Virus record (IMG/VR): IMGVR_UViG_3300043449_002688
Coordinates: 1 to 64,000 of that record
Length of the DNA stretch: 64,000 nt
Reading direction: 5' to 3' (one strand)
Origin: a virus
The notes under the pieces were generated by a model, which had not been told where the DNA came from, did no database searches, and saw only the letters and a program-made list of their open reading frames with translations. A program made the position numbers and the translations under genes. Numbering within the stretch: the stretch's first letter is position 1; each line of letters starts with the position of its first letter. Shown here piece after piece: positions 18,732-28,214 of this stretch.

Positions 18732-20418
18732 TTTTGCCTCCAAACATTACATCGCTGGAAACAAGCTGTCCGGCTTTTCTTAAAGAATAATTTTTATTAA
18801 TGTAATTTTGATAATTTTTTAAATTTTTAACAGCACCTTTTACTTTGTTTTTATCTAATCCAAGCTTTAACATGTGTTCAGCAAGTTTAGCTGGATCTAA
18901 AGAATTTAGCCATTTGTGAGCTTCTGGATGTGCAGGGTGATCTGCATATGCAGTTTCTTGAAAATAAAAACCATGGTCTGGATTTGCTGTTTCAGGATTC
19001 ATAGCTAAATCATTATCAATATGATATAAATTTCCTTTTTTGTCTAGCATAATATTTCCAGAATGTCTGTCTAGATGGCCTAAAATATGATCCATCATCA
19101 TAAGCTTATGTAAATCGCCTGATTTAAAATGCTTATCTAAATGTTTTTCTATTTGAGAATTGTCCATTTCAAGCGGCGTCTTTGCATCTGGAATATGAGC
19201 CATAGCCGAAAAATTGCCAGTATGAAGCTCTGGATGAGCAAACATTGCTGTTGTTGGAACATTTTTTCCTAACCCAAAATAGTCTTTTGCTAATCTATAA
19301 TAAGAAGAAGCATTATGGGCAGTGTCACCAAAATCTCCAAAACCTACGTCACCTGATTCTGGTTTTTTTACTAAAACTCGTGTACCTGCATCGTTTTGTA
19401 AATCATATAATGATCTAGAGAATTCTTTATGGGAAGGATGAAATTCTTTTGCAGGTTTAAACGAATGCTGCATATAAAGTCCTTCTATAAGCTCATTTTG
19501 GTCGTCATCGTGAGCTATATGTCCATGAGATTTTCCAATTCTTTTTAATTGAGGTTTTGGCAAACCTTTTTTTAAAGCAAGGTCTTCGGCTAAATCTACA
19601 AAAGTGTCAATATATTCATCTGATACTTCAGGTAAAGCAGCTTTTATTATTTCTTTTAAAGGTCTTTTTCTATTCCAATCTCTAACTGCTGCTTTTACTC
19701 TATTTTTTCTATTGTCAATATATTCACGGCTAAGGGCTGCACCACCAACTAAAGCAGAAGGAGCAATATTGCCCATTCCTGCAGTTAAAGTTTTATTTAG
19801 ATCTTCTAAATGTTTAAATAATGTATCTGGAGTTATTTTTTCTTCTTCGGTCAATATAGATGAATCTAGCTCTAATAGATTAATAGCTTCGTCTATATTT
19901 TTAGACATAAATTCTATAGATTTTTTTACTTCTTCTGATTTAGCATCTTCATAAAGATCTGCAATCGCTGTTTTATTGCAACTTCTTAAAGTCATAGCAA
20001 CTCTACGACCTACTGTTTGCTTAAGTACGTTGCCATCTCTTTCTAAGGTTGCTCCTTCAATAGAAAAACCAACTAGCATTTTTTCTTTTTTAGAAGCATA
20101 GTATCTTACCATGGCAGCTACTGCTATAGCGCCTGGATGCTCTTGATCATCAAATAGCTCGCCTATAATATAAACGTAAGGTTTTTTAACAAAATCCCAA
20201 TATTTTCTTTGCCTTTCGTTTTCGCAATCATCTTTTTTAAGGATTTTTTTAGCATAGATTACGGCACCAACAATATCTTCATGTTTATTGGAGTGCTCAA
20301 AGTTAAGGACACCTTTGCCTTCAACTAAATCAGATATGTCATGATTTTCGATAATTAAGATTTCTCCTGAACTATCTATATGTTCAGATGTAGCAATCCC
20401 ATCTACTTTTAATCCCAC
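18724..20418 (-). CDS. Prohead protease fused to a PI3K/PI4K/HipA-like kinase domain
   Basis: N-terminal GIATSEHIDSSGE, LNFEH, GFSIEG (HK97/S78-type); C-terminal VLVKK, DHILGHLDRHSGNIML, YHIDND. Confidence 0.85.
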   Translation of the reverse strand: MGLKVDGIATSEHIDSSGEILIIENHDISDLVEGKGVLNFEHSNKHEDIVGAVIYAKKILKKDDCENERQRKYWDFVKKPYVYIIGELFDDQEHPGAIAVAAMVRYYASKKEKMLVGFSIEGATLERDGNVLKQTVGRRVAMTLRSCNKTAIADLYEDAKSEEVKKSIEFMSKNIDEAINLLELDSSILTEEEKITPDTLFKHLEDLNKTLTAGMGNIAPSALVGGAALSREYIDNRKNRVKAAVRDWNRKRPLKEIIKAALPEVSDEYIDTFVDLAEDLALKKGLPKPQLKRIGKSHGHIAHDDDQNELIEGLYMQHSFKPAKEFHPSHKEFSRSLYDLQNDAGTRVLVKKPESGDVGFGDFGDTAHNASSYYRLAKDYFGLGKNVPTTAMFAHPELHTGNFSAMAHIPDAKTPLEMDNSQIEKHLDKHFKSGDLHKLMMMDHILGHLDRHSGNIMLDKKGNLYHIDNDLAMNPETANPDHGFYFQETAYADHPAHPEAHKWLNSLDPAKLAEHMLKLGLDKNKVKGAVKNLKNYQNYINKNYSLRKAGQLVSSDVMFGGKNV

Positions 20419-20486
20419 TGATTGATCCCCGTAATGCTTTATTTTGCATTATTTTTATGGATAATGCTGTACTTTTGTATAGTTAT

Positions 20487-20495
20487 AAGATTAGG
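20487..20495 (-). promoter_or_regulatory. Putative late promoter element CCTAATCTT
   Basis: Exact motif in the intergenic region upstream of the prohead protease. Confidence 0.6.
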
Positions 20496-20504
20496 GTAAT
20501 GTTT

Positions 20505-21359
20505 TTATTTTTCTAAATGATGGGTATGGTTTAAATTTAAGGTTAGATAATCTTCATAATCGGAAAAATTTGGTAATGGAGCGCTTTTAAGTTGCTCTGT
20601 TTTATTTAAAGCCCAATATTCCTTATAATAATCATATCCGAATTCTTTAAATTCTATTATTCCATTTGCAGTAAAACCAAAATTTGGCGGAACGAAACTT
20701 AAAGAGTGTCGGCAATTAGGGTGTAATGGAGCCTGATTAGGGGTTTTGTAATCCCATTCTTTTGGCCTAAAATATCCTTCTTTTACCTGAGATAATTTAT
20801 AAGGTTTAGGCAGTCTTATGTTGTTTGCGTCATGATACATTGCTTTGCAAAATTTACATATTTTATGATCTGTAACACCAAGAAAAACAACAGTAGGGTC
20901 TTTAACACCTATATCAGATGCCAATAAAGAAATGCCTTCTCTGCTGGCATACGCTTGTGTAATCCTAGTTTCATTAGCAACAAGCATGCTTACGTATTTT
21001 TCAGCTTTATCAAAATGATCTTTTACTGAATCTAAAGCATCTTTTTTAGTTTTTGCGTTTAAAATGTCGGCAATAATATGATTTTTAATTTTTAGCTTTT
21101 GAGCATCAAAATAATTATTTGTAATTTCGGCTAAATTTTCTACTGTTTCAGGGTCGGGGGTAGCGCCTGCTCCATATAGCATGTTAAGCGTGTATTTATA
21201 TATACCTTCAATTGTATAAAATGGGTCAGCTTTTTGTGCAATTTGAAAAAATATTCTTGGACCTTGAAAATAACGACCTAAAAGACTTGCTTTAGCTGAT
21301 TCAAACAGCATTTCAATGTGTTTTAAAATAAAATTTCGTTGAAATGGATTTAATCGCAT
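20505..21359 (-). CDS. MuF-like minor head morphogenesis protein
   Basis: NET, CKFC and PLHPNCRH motifs; located between portal and protease. Confidence 0.8.
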   Translation of the reverse strand: MRLNPFQRNFILKHIEMLFESAKASLLGRYFQGPRIFFQIAQKADPFYTIEGIYKYTLNMLYGAGATPDPETVENLAEITNNYFDAQKLKIKNHIIADILNAKTKKDALDSVKDHFDKAEKYVSMLVANETRITQAYASREGISLLASDIGVKDPTVVFLGVTDHKICKFCKAMYHDANNIRLPKPYKLSQVKEGYFRPKEWDYKTPNQAPLHPNCRHSLSFVPPNFGFTANGIIEFKEFGYDYYKEYWALNKTEQLKSAPLPNFSDYEDYLTLNLNHTHHLEK

Positions 21360-21375
21360 TTTTTACCAGCAATTT

Positions 21376-23403
21376 TTATTCTTTTTTATCTTTTAAAGAT
21401 TCCGCAATCTTGACAATTGCTTTTTTAGATTCTTTTTTCCAAGTATCCATATGCCGGTCTACCAATTGCTTATGTCTTTCTAATAATTGTTTAGAAATAG
21501 TATTATGATTGTCTTGGACATTTTTTTCTAAAAGTTGATAATTTACTGCAAGTTGCTTTTCATTTTTTTGCATTTCTGATTGATCTTGTTGCGATTCTTC
21601 TTGCATTTGACCTTCTTGTCCCATTCCAGCCGCCGCTTGCTGCTGCATCATCATTTGCTGTTGCATTTGCTGTTCTACCATCATTTGTTGTTGCATTGCC
21701 ATTTGAGCTTTTTGCAATAAAATTTGCTGATATTGAAACCAAAATGGATCTCGAACATATTGATATCTAGGGTCACTTGCAGCACCTTTTCTTCCAAAGA
21801 AATTCTCTAAAATTTCGCCCACAGTTAAATAAGTTCCCAAAATTTGTTGGAACTGTGGATTCATTGGAAAATCGCCGCCAATTTCCTTTGGAATTGGATT
21901 TTTTTCTACCTGTTCCATGACTTCATTGTAGGTCATATGAACAGCCATATCTTGTTGCAATCTAGTTGCTTCTTTTTCTGGAGAATCTTTTTCTAATCCA
22001 GCCAAAATAATTTGATGAGTTTTAGCTAATTCTTCATCAATATGAGGCAAAATATGTGTGTTTAAAAAATCCTGCAATTCATATATAAGCGGTCTTAATC
22101 CAACGTCTCTTGCTGCAGTTAATTTCCATTCATTATCTGATTCAGAAAGCGCTTGCGTATTTGTTCCGCGAGCAAGATGTGCATATCCTGGAAGTTCTTC
22201 TGGAGAAATTTGGAAAGAAGAAAGAATTGTTCTTGCGTTATTATCCAAAAGATATTGAAATTCTGCATCGCGTCCAGAAGTATCAATTGCTTGCCAAGCT
22301 AAATCGTCAGATGTGCCGACTCCAAAAACTGGCATTCTCCATGAATTTTGAACAGAATTTATAGATTGATGAAATTGTAATCGAATTCTTTGAACTGTTC
22401 CTTCATCAATGTCGTCCGATTTAAATACTAGCATTCCTCTAGCAGCACGACCATGTTGAAAATAAAGCTTATTGTGTACAGTGATATTAATATGCGTCGT
22501 GATTGCGTTTAAAGCTTGGTCAATTGGAGTAAGCGGATATCCATTGTATTCAACGTTTGTAGTTGGATACATATTATGAACTACTAATTCTTCCGCTGTA
22601 AAAGCTTGAACTGGCTTTCCTTCAATAGTTTGAACCCAGCGATATTCATCTTTTTTATATTTTTCAACATCAAATCTTTTATTTTTCATTTGCTGTAGCA
22701 TTCTTAATGCTTCAGCTCTTAAAGATTGATCTTTTTCAGATTGTGGTAAAATTTTATATATAGTACCTGCGTCTACAGCTCTAAACGCATACATATATTT
22801 TTTGCCGGTATTTTTATTTATACCCCAAATTCTTTCTACGGCAAAACGGCCATATCCTAATCCATCTCTTGTAATTAATTTAAATAATTGAGAAAGATTA
22901 ACTTTATCAGTTTCTTCGTCTTCTAAAGTTCCATGCCCGCAATTCCAAAGAACTTTTTTTACTTTATCTATTTTTTCTTGCAATGCTCTCTGTTCTTCTT
23001 CAGAACGAACAGCATTTTTGTCCATGTCTTGAAACTCAAATCCAACAGCAAATCGATGTGGTCTTGGGCGACCAAAAGCAGAGGCGTGATTTGATCTTGC
23101 TTGTAAAATTTGGCAAACTAATTCATCGCCTTGTGGACCTATAACTCTTTTAATAATATGATCTGGAGTTAATCCAGTTTTCATCCGATAAAAACCATGC
23201 ACTCCTGCAAAGTTTTTTTGCGGATCTACTTCAAATGCCATTCTTTCCATTTCTTGAGCAGAATGGGTTTGTAAAGACTTTAAAATCATTCCAAGAACAG
23301 AGTCTGGTTTAATATTAGAGTCCTGCTCTTCTTTTTTAAGAAGAGCGTCGGCATTTGGATCTATAGCTATTGCTGTTTTCTTTTTTGGTTTTTTATCGTC
23401 CAT
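21376..23403 (-). CDS. Portal protein
   Basis: VDAGTI, GYPLTP, YFQHGRAARG, DAEFQ, FQISPEEL, GLRPL; Q/M-rich tail; position after terminase. Confidence 0.9.
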   Translation of the reverse strand: MDDKKPKKKTAIAIDPNADALLKKEEQDSNIKPDSVLGMILKSLQTHSAQEMERMAFEVDPQKNFAGVHGFYRMKTGLTPDHIIKRVIGPQGDELVCQILQARSNHASAFGRPRPHRFAVGFEFQDMDKNAVRSEEEQRALQEKIDKVKKVLWNCGHGTLEDEETDKVNLSQLFKLITRDGLGYGRFAVERIWGINKNTGKKYMYAFRAVDAGTIYKILPQSEKDQSLRAEALRMLQQMKNKRFDVEKYKKDEYRWVQTIEGKPVQAFTAEELVVHNMYPTTNVEYNGYPLTPIDQALNAITTHINITVHNKLYFQHGRAARGMLVFKSDDIDEGTVQRIRLQFHQSINSVQNSWRMPVFGVGTSDDLAWQAIDTSGRDAEFQYLLDNNARTILSSFQISPEELPGYAHLARGTNTQALSESDNEWKLTAARDVGLRPLIYELQDFLNTHILPHIDEELAKTHQIILAGLEKDSPEKEATRLQQDMAVHMTYNEVMEQVEKNPIPKEIGGDFPMNPQFQQILGTYLTVGEILENFFGRKGAASDPRYQYVRDPFWFQYQQILLQKAQMAMQQQMMVEQQMQQQMMMQQQAAAGMGQEGQMQEESQQDQSEMQKNEKQLAVNYQLLEKNVQDNHNTISKQLLERHKQLVDRHMDTWKKESKKAIVKIAESLKDKKE

Positions 23404-23409
23404 TTTTTA

Positions 23410-24390
23410 TTACTCGCAAGTAAAATATTTTATATTGCAATTCGTAATAGATTTATTGATTATTTCACAACTGTATGTGTTTCCCCATTTATGAAGATAC
23501 CCAGGTAAAGTTTTGTCTCCGGCTTTTACAGGAGATACTTTATTGGAATTATCCATGCCATTGTCAAATCTAATTACGCATTCTTGGTCAGCTTCAATAT
23601 AAATTAATTTTTTAGTTCCAGTATAGAAAACCATTGAATCTGACAAATAAGAAACAGATGTTTCTTCTGGGATCGGCATAGAACTCATTATAAATAATTC
23701 TGTGGGAGTCACATCTTTAATCTCATAAACAGAAAAAGATGCAGGAGAAAAAGAACCTGAAATACTTAGTTTATTTCCTTCAGACAATAAATCATCAGAA
23801 TAAAAAATTACATCTAAACTACTGTCTGCTACAAATTCAGTTACGCCTTCAAATTGAGAAGTAACTTTTCTAATTGCTGAAATTTTTGTACCAGAAACTC
23901 CAATTACAGTCCAATTCCCAGAATTTAAAGGATTAAATGCAAAACTAGGCAAGGTTGAATAAGTTTTTAATCCTGAAATTCTCATAATGTCGCCAACTTC
24001 GACGTTTGAAAGATCGGCTCCAGAATAATCAAAAACTGCCAAAGCATTATTGTTAATAGTTACATTGCAGCTACTAAGGCCAGTAACACTTTTTTGTGTT
24101 TTAAATGTTCCAGAACCTGAATCGATCTTTAGTTTATAAATTGAATCAGAAGGTGAAGCTAAAGTTAAATCTAATACAGATGTGGAATCTAATCCAACAG
24201 TTAATGAATTTTCAAAAATTTTAAAAGATTGCCCTGGTTTTAATACCAAATTGTTTTGGTAAGGATTTTTAACTGGCAAAGATTCCATTCTTCTGCGGTG
24301 GTCTATTGCCCTCATATGGGGATTATCGGTAACGGTAGGGTCTCCATAACAAAGTAGCTGGTTAATTATATTTAATATAAAATCTGCCAT
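23410..24390 (-). CDS. Beta-rich hypothetical protein, probably virion
   Basis: Lies between terminase and portal; GAGGA RBS; late motif upstream. Confidence 0.55.
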   Translation of the reverse strand: MADFILNIINQLLCYGDPTVTDNPHMRAIDHRRRMESLPVKNPYQNNLVLKPGQSFKIFENSLTVGLDSTSVLDLTLASPSDSIYKLKIDSGSGTFKTQKSVTGLSSCNVTINNNALAVFDYSGADLSNVEVGDIMRISGLKTYSTLPSFAFNPLNSGNWTVIGVSGTKISAIRKVTSQFEGVTEFVADSSLDVIFYSDDLLSEGNKLSISGSFSPASFSVYEIKDVTPTELFIMSSMPIPEETSVSYLSDSMVFYTGTKKLIYIEADQECVIRFDNGMDNSNKVSPVKAGDKTLPGYLHKWGNTYSCEIINKSITNCNIKYFTCE

Positions 24391-24428
24391 TTTATCCTCT
24401 ATAGTATTAAAATCTCTATTATTATTTT

Positions 24429-24437
24429 AAGATTAGG
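24429..24437 (-). promoter_or_regulatory. Putative late promoter element CCTAATCTT
   Basis: Exact motif immediately after the terL stop codon. Confidence 0.6.
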
Positions 24438-24438
24438 C

Positions 24439-26304
24439 TTATTCGTCGTTACCGCCAAAATCCCAAAAAACAGAGCCGCTATTACCTTTTTCACTACCAG
24501 AAGGGCCTGTAGCAAGTTCTCTTGCTTTTTGAGTAAGCCAATCTTCGTATTTTCTTTCTGTTATATTATTTGCTATCTGTGTATTATTTACATTGCTTAA
24601 TGGATTATATACTTGTCCTTTTTTCTTTGGTTGAAAAAGGTTTTGAGCCATGTATCTTAATGAATCTGCAACGTCTGCTACTTCAGAATCATCTGGCTCT
24701 TGGGTTAAATTGCCGTTTGAGTCAAGCAAAAAGCAGTGTTCGGCGAATACTTTTAATAGCCAGTCGTTTCTATCATGTCGAATTACCTTAAGCCTTCTAC
24801 GCCCTGTAGCGTCGATAATTTGGCCCCTTACGGCAGATATTCCGCCCATAATATCTTTTTTAAATTCTCCGCATGGCATTTTGTTGTTTTTAAAAGCCTT
24901 AATAAACATTGGCTGAGCGGTATCGCAAAACCATTTTTTAGGCCTATACATGTCTCGTATACTTTTTGCCAAATCCATCATCTGTTCAAATTCTAACCCA
25001 GAAACAGAATAAGTGTCAACTAACCACCATTCTCCATTTGGCATTATTGCAGACACAGTTATTGCAAATGCATGTCTAAAGCCCCAATCTGTTCCGCAAT
25101 AAAACTTAATATCTTTTTTATGTAAACTTTCTATTAAAAAAGGTAATGTTATGCCTGCTGGAGCTTTATCGCCAGTAAAAGCTTCCCATGCTTGGGCTAA
25201 AGTATATGTATTGCCATCAATATCTTTATTTAAAAACCTTGGATATACCATACCGGCTGAAGACGGTTTCCAGCACATAAGCTGTGCTTCAGCTAAATCT
25301 GGGTCTGTTTTTTTAAATTGAGATATGGTAAAATCTATAGGTTTCCATAATCCGCCCTTATCAGAATCTTTTCTTTCTGCAAGTCTGCCGCGACAAACAG
25401 GCAAAAGAGAACATGTAGCGCATCCTCCCATAGCTTCAAATTTATCAAATTTTTCTTGTTCTTTATTGGTTAAGCTTATGTATTCTGATTCAATTATTGT
25501 TTTAAGAGGCAAGCTTTGCGATAAATATAAGGTTTGTAAAGGTAAATCTGGCCTATGCCTTTCCGTAGGACACTTTTCGGTTATATCAATAATATTCCAT
25601 CTTCGAACTTTATATCCATTTTTAGCTGCCTTTTCCATTTCTTTGGAAAAAAGCCCTCCAGGGAATTTCATTGTGGAAGTTTTAATAGTAATTGGGTATT
25701 GTCCATTGAATACCCCTGGAATCATTTGAGCTTCTTTATAAGCTCGTATGCCTTCTTGAGATCTAATAGTATCAATTTCGTCTATAGTAAATAAATTGGT
25801 GTGAGAAGAGTTTGCTCCTGTAATAGTGCAAACAATAATTTTCATAAAAGAAACTGTGCCATCTGGATTTTTAATTGAAATTTCTTTTGCGTTTTGGGAA
25901 TTTAAAGCTCTATTGTGATATTCAAGGTATGGTGCTACTTTTTCCATAAAAGAATTAATATATTTTTGTGCAGCAGTAGCTTGAGGAACAATTGCTGCCA
26001 TATGAGCTAAAGTAGCGCCAAAATGTATCATCATTATAACGCCAAAAACTGCTTCAGAAAGAGTTTTATAGCTTTCTCTTGATGAAATTACTATAATTTC
26101 TGGGTTTATATTCCCTTCATTTTTTTTATAACTCATGTAAGTTTCATACATCCAGTCTATTGGGCTAGAATTTGAATCAGGGTCTACCCATGAGTCTGGA
26201 AAATCTAATTCTAAAAAAGTAGAAATCCAATTTTTAATATGATCTTTTGTTTCAAATTTAGCTAAAAATACCTTTGCTAATAAAGGGTCTACAATGTTTG
26301 CCAT
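24439..26304 (-). CDS. terL: Terminase large subunit
   Basis: SRESYKT (Walker A variant), TIDEID (Walker B), GTDWGF, CDTAQP, DVADSLRY nuclease motifs. Confidence 0.9.
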   Translation of the reverse strand: MANIVDPLLAKVFLAKFETKDHIKNWISTFLELDFPDSWVDPDSNSSPIDWMYETYMSYKKNEGNINPEIIVISSRESYKTLSEAVFGVIMMIHFGATLAHMAAIVPQATAAQKYINSFMEKVAPYLEYHNRALNSQNAKEISIKNPDGTVSFMKIIVCTITGANSSHTNLFTIDEIDTIRSQEGIRAYKEAQMIPGVFNGQYPITIKTSTMKFPGGLFSKEMEKAAKNGYKVRRWNIIDITEKCPTERHRPDLPLQTLYLSQSLPLKTIIESEYISLTNKEQEKFDKFEAMGGCATCSLLPVCRGRLAERKDSDKGGLWKPIDFTISQFKKTDPDLAEAQLMCWKPSSAGMVYPRFLNKDIDGNTYTLAQAWEAFTGDKAPAGITLPFLIESLHKKDIKFYCGTDWGFRHAFAITVSAIMPNGEWWLVDTYSVSGLEFEQMMDLAKSIRDMYRPKKWFCDTAQPMFIKAFKNNKMPCGEFKKDIMGGISAVRGQIIDATGRRRLKVIRHDRNDWLLKVFAEHCFLLDSNGNLTQEPDDSEVADVADSLRYMAQNLFQPKKKGQVYNPLSNVNNTQIANNITERKYEDWLTQKARELATGPSGSEKGNSGSVFWDFGGNDE

Positions 26305-26337
26305 AACTAACCTTTTAAAACATTAATATTCAATGTT

Positions 26338-27231
26338 TTATTTTACTAATTGAAAAATTTTTTTATATTTATAAATTGTTTCCATTGAAGCTGTAGCAAT
26401 CCATTGGCAATAAGATGCTGCGTTTAAAAAAGCTTCATCAAAAGAAACAGCCCAGTCTTTATATGTTTGTTTAAAATAAGCATGTTTTGACCATGGAATA
26501 TCAGAATGCCAAGCATGAATATGTAAAACATTGCTGCCAATTAAAGAAGTTTCCCAACATTTATTGTCCAAAGAATATAAATTTACATGTTGATTGTTAA
26601 AACAATGGTTAATTGCTATTTCGCCTGCAATCATAGAAACTACGCCAGAATGAAATCCGCTTTCTTTATCAATATTATTTTCTTTAAAATATTTATTTAA
26701 TAAAAATTCTGTTATTTCTGATTGCAAACTAACAACATTTAAAACATATTGTGTTTTTGAAAAAAAAGACGCGCCTACATTTGGCATATTATTATGCTGA
26801 AGATTTAACTCTTTACTAACTTTTTTAATAAAACTTATTTTAATATCGTCTTTTTGATCGTAGTACCCGCCTTCTCCTACCATAAATTTACTAGGAGTAT
26901 AGTTTTTTAAATTATGGGTCAAAAAAACATCGCAATCTGTTTTTAGTAAAAAATCATATTTTTGTAAAGGTTCATTATATTCTTTTAAGCAAAAATAATG
27001 AGAATTTAAAAATTTATACTGCTCTGCCATTCTTGTGTAAGGCATTTTTATAGGAATAACTCCTGGGAAGTTTTTAATTCTTTCTTCTGCCGTAGGATTA
27101 TAATAAACTACAAGATCGTATTCTTCTTCTAATGAATGCAAAAGCCAAGTCTTGTAAAGCCAAGTTAACTCTTGCTCTATTTTATCATAATCATCTAAAT
27201 AAACGGCAATTGCTTTTGTATTATTTTTCAT
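26338..27231 (-). CDS. GT-A-fold glycosyltransferase-like protein
   Basis: YDFLLKTDCDVFLT (DxD) and C-terminal LHIHAWH. Confidence 0.6.
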   Translation of the reverse strand: MKNNTKAIAVYLDDYDKIEQELTWLYKTWLLHSLEEEYDLVVYYNPTAEERIKNFPGVIPIKMPYTRMAEQYKFLNSHYFCLKEYNEPLQKYDFLLKTDCDVFLTHNLKNYTPSKFMVGEGGYYDQKDDIKISFIKKVSKELNLQHNNMPNVGASFFSKTQYVLNVVSLQSEITEFLLNKYFKENNIDKESGFHSGVVSMIAGEIAINHCFNNQHVNLYSLDNKCWETSLIGSNVLHIHAWHSDIPWSKHAYFKQTYKDWAVSFDEAFLNAASYCQWIATASMETIYKYKKIFQLVK

Positions 27232-27895
27232 TTGTTTGTTTTCTTTTGGCATCTGCTAATATTTTTAATATGGTGGCTGCATCTTCAGTTTCTAAAGTCT
27301 CTATGCCATTCCCAGCAGCAGAATTTATACTTCCGGTAATATTAACATCTAAACTTTGTTTTGATTCGTTTATATTTTTTACAGTAATATTTTTATCTTG
27401 GCCAGTAATTTTCATCAATCCTTCAACAATGTCTTTTAGTGTTTTTAGCGAACCAATATTTAAGGCTTCTTCAAGTTCTTTTTCATCACCAGTTTGTAAA
27501 TATCTTTTTAGCTTTGCACTATTTTTCTTTTTTGCAGCCAAAAGCATATCAGACATTAAGTCTGCTGTTTCTAATTGAGCTTGAGTAACCTTATTTTTGA
27601 TATCATTTTGAAGGCGAATTGCATATTCGTCTTTTTGAGCATCCCATTTAAATTTAATTCTAGCGTCTAATATAGCGCCATAAGGAAAAGCTTTGTTTAG
27701 TTTCCATATATCGTAACAATTTGTCCCATTGAGAAATAATTCAAAAAATTTAGCAGCAGTATCTGGAGAAAGGGGATGTCCTCCGTTTTCTAAATAAGAA
27801 ATAAGCTCTTCTCTTTCTTCGGTGGAAAGAAATAAATTCATTTCGGCAAGATACTTTTCATTTCTTATTTGATCTATTTTAATGATATTAGACAT
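27221..27895 (-). CDS. Possible terminase small subunit
   Basis: HTH-like N-terminus ending KFKW, then helical or coiled region; upstream of terL. Confidence 0.45.
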   Translation of the reverse strand: MSNIIKIDQIRNEKYLAEMNLFLSTEEREELISYLENGGHPLSPDTAAKFFELFLNGTNCYDIWKLNKAFPYGAILDARIKFKWDAQKDEYAIRLQNDIKNKVTQAQLETADLMSDMLLAAKKKNSAKLKRYLQTGDEKELEEALNIGSLKTLKDIVEGLMKITGQDKNITVKNINESKQSLDVNITGSINSAAGNGIETLETEDAATILKILADAKRKQTNEK

Positions 27896-28214
27896 TTTTA
27901 CCCTCTGAGCTGTAAATAGCTTTTTTATCATATTTAAAAACTATTTTAGTATTATCCCAAAGTATAAGCCTAGTCCATTCTTTAATGGCAGAAAACATTT
28001 GTTTTGTTTTTTTAGTATTTTTAATATTTCCTTTTAATTCAAAAATAACCGTTTTATTTTCTGCACTTACTTTTGCTACAGACGAAAGAACTCCTGGGAT
28101 TAATTTAGGCCAAACTTTTAACTGTAAAGCTTGGGCTTCATGAATAACCCCTGTTTTCATGGTCATCATTTTTAAAAGCATTAATTGTTCTTCTAAATTA
28201 TTAATATTATCCAA
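27888..28214 (-). CDS. Hypothetical protein
   Basis: ORF coupled to its neighbours. Confidence 0.65.
   Translation of the reverse strand: MDNINNLEEQLMLLKMMTMKTGVIHEAQALQLKVWPKLIPGVLSSVAKVSAENKTVIFELKGNIKNTKKTKQMFSAIKEWTRLILWDNTKIVFKYDKKAIYSSEGKNV

Noticed and set aside
24439-26304. Intein or intron in the terminase
   Set aside because: No Cys...HN intein motifs; the Cys-containing segment looks like an ordinary zinc-binding insertion
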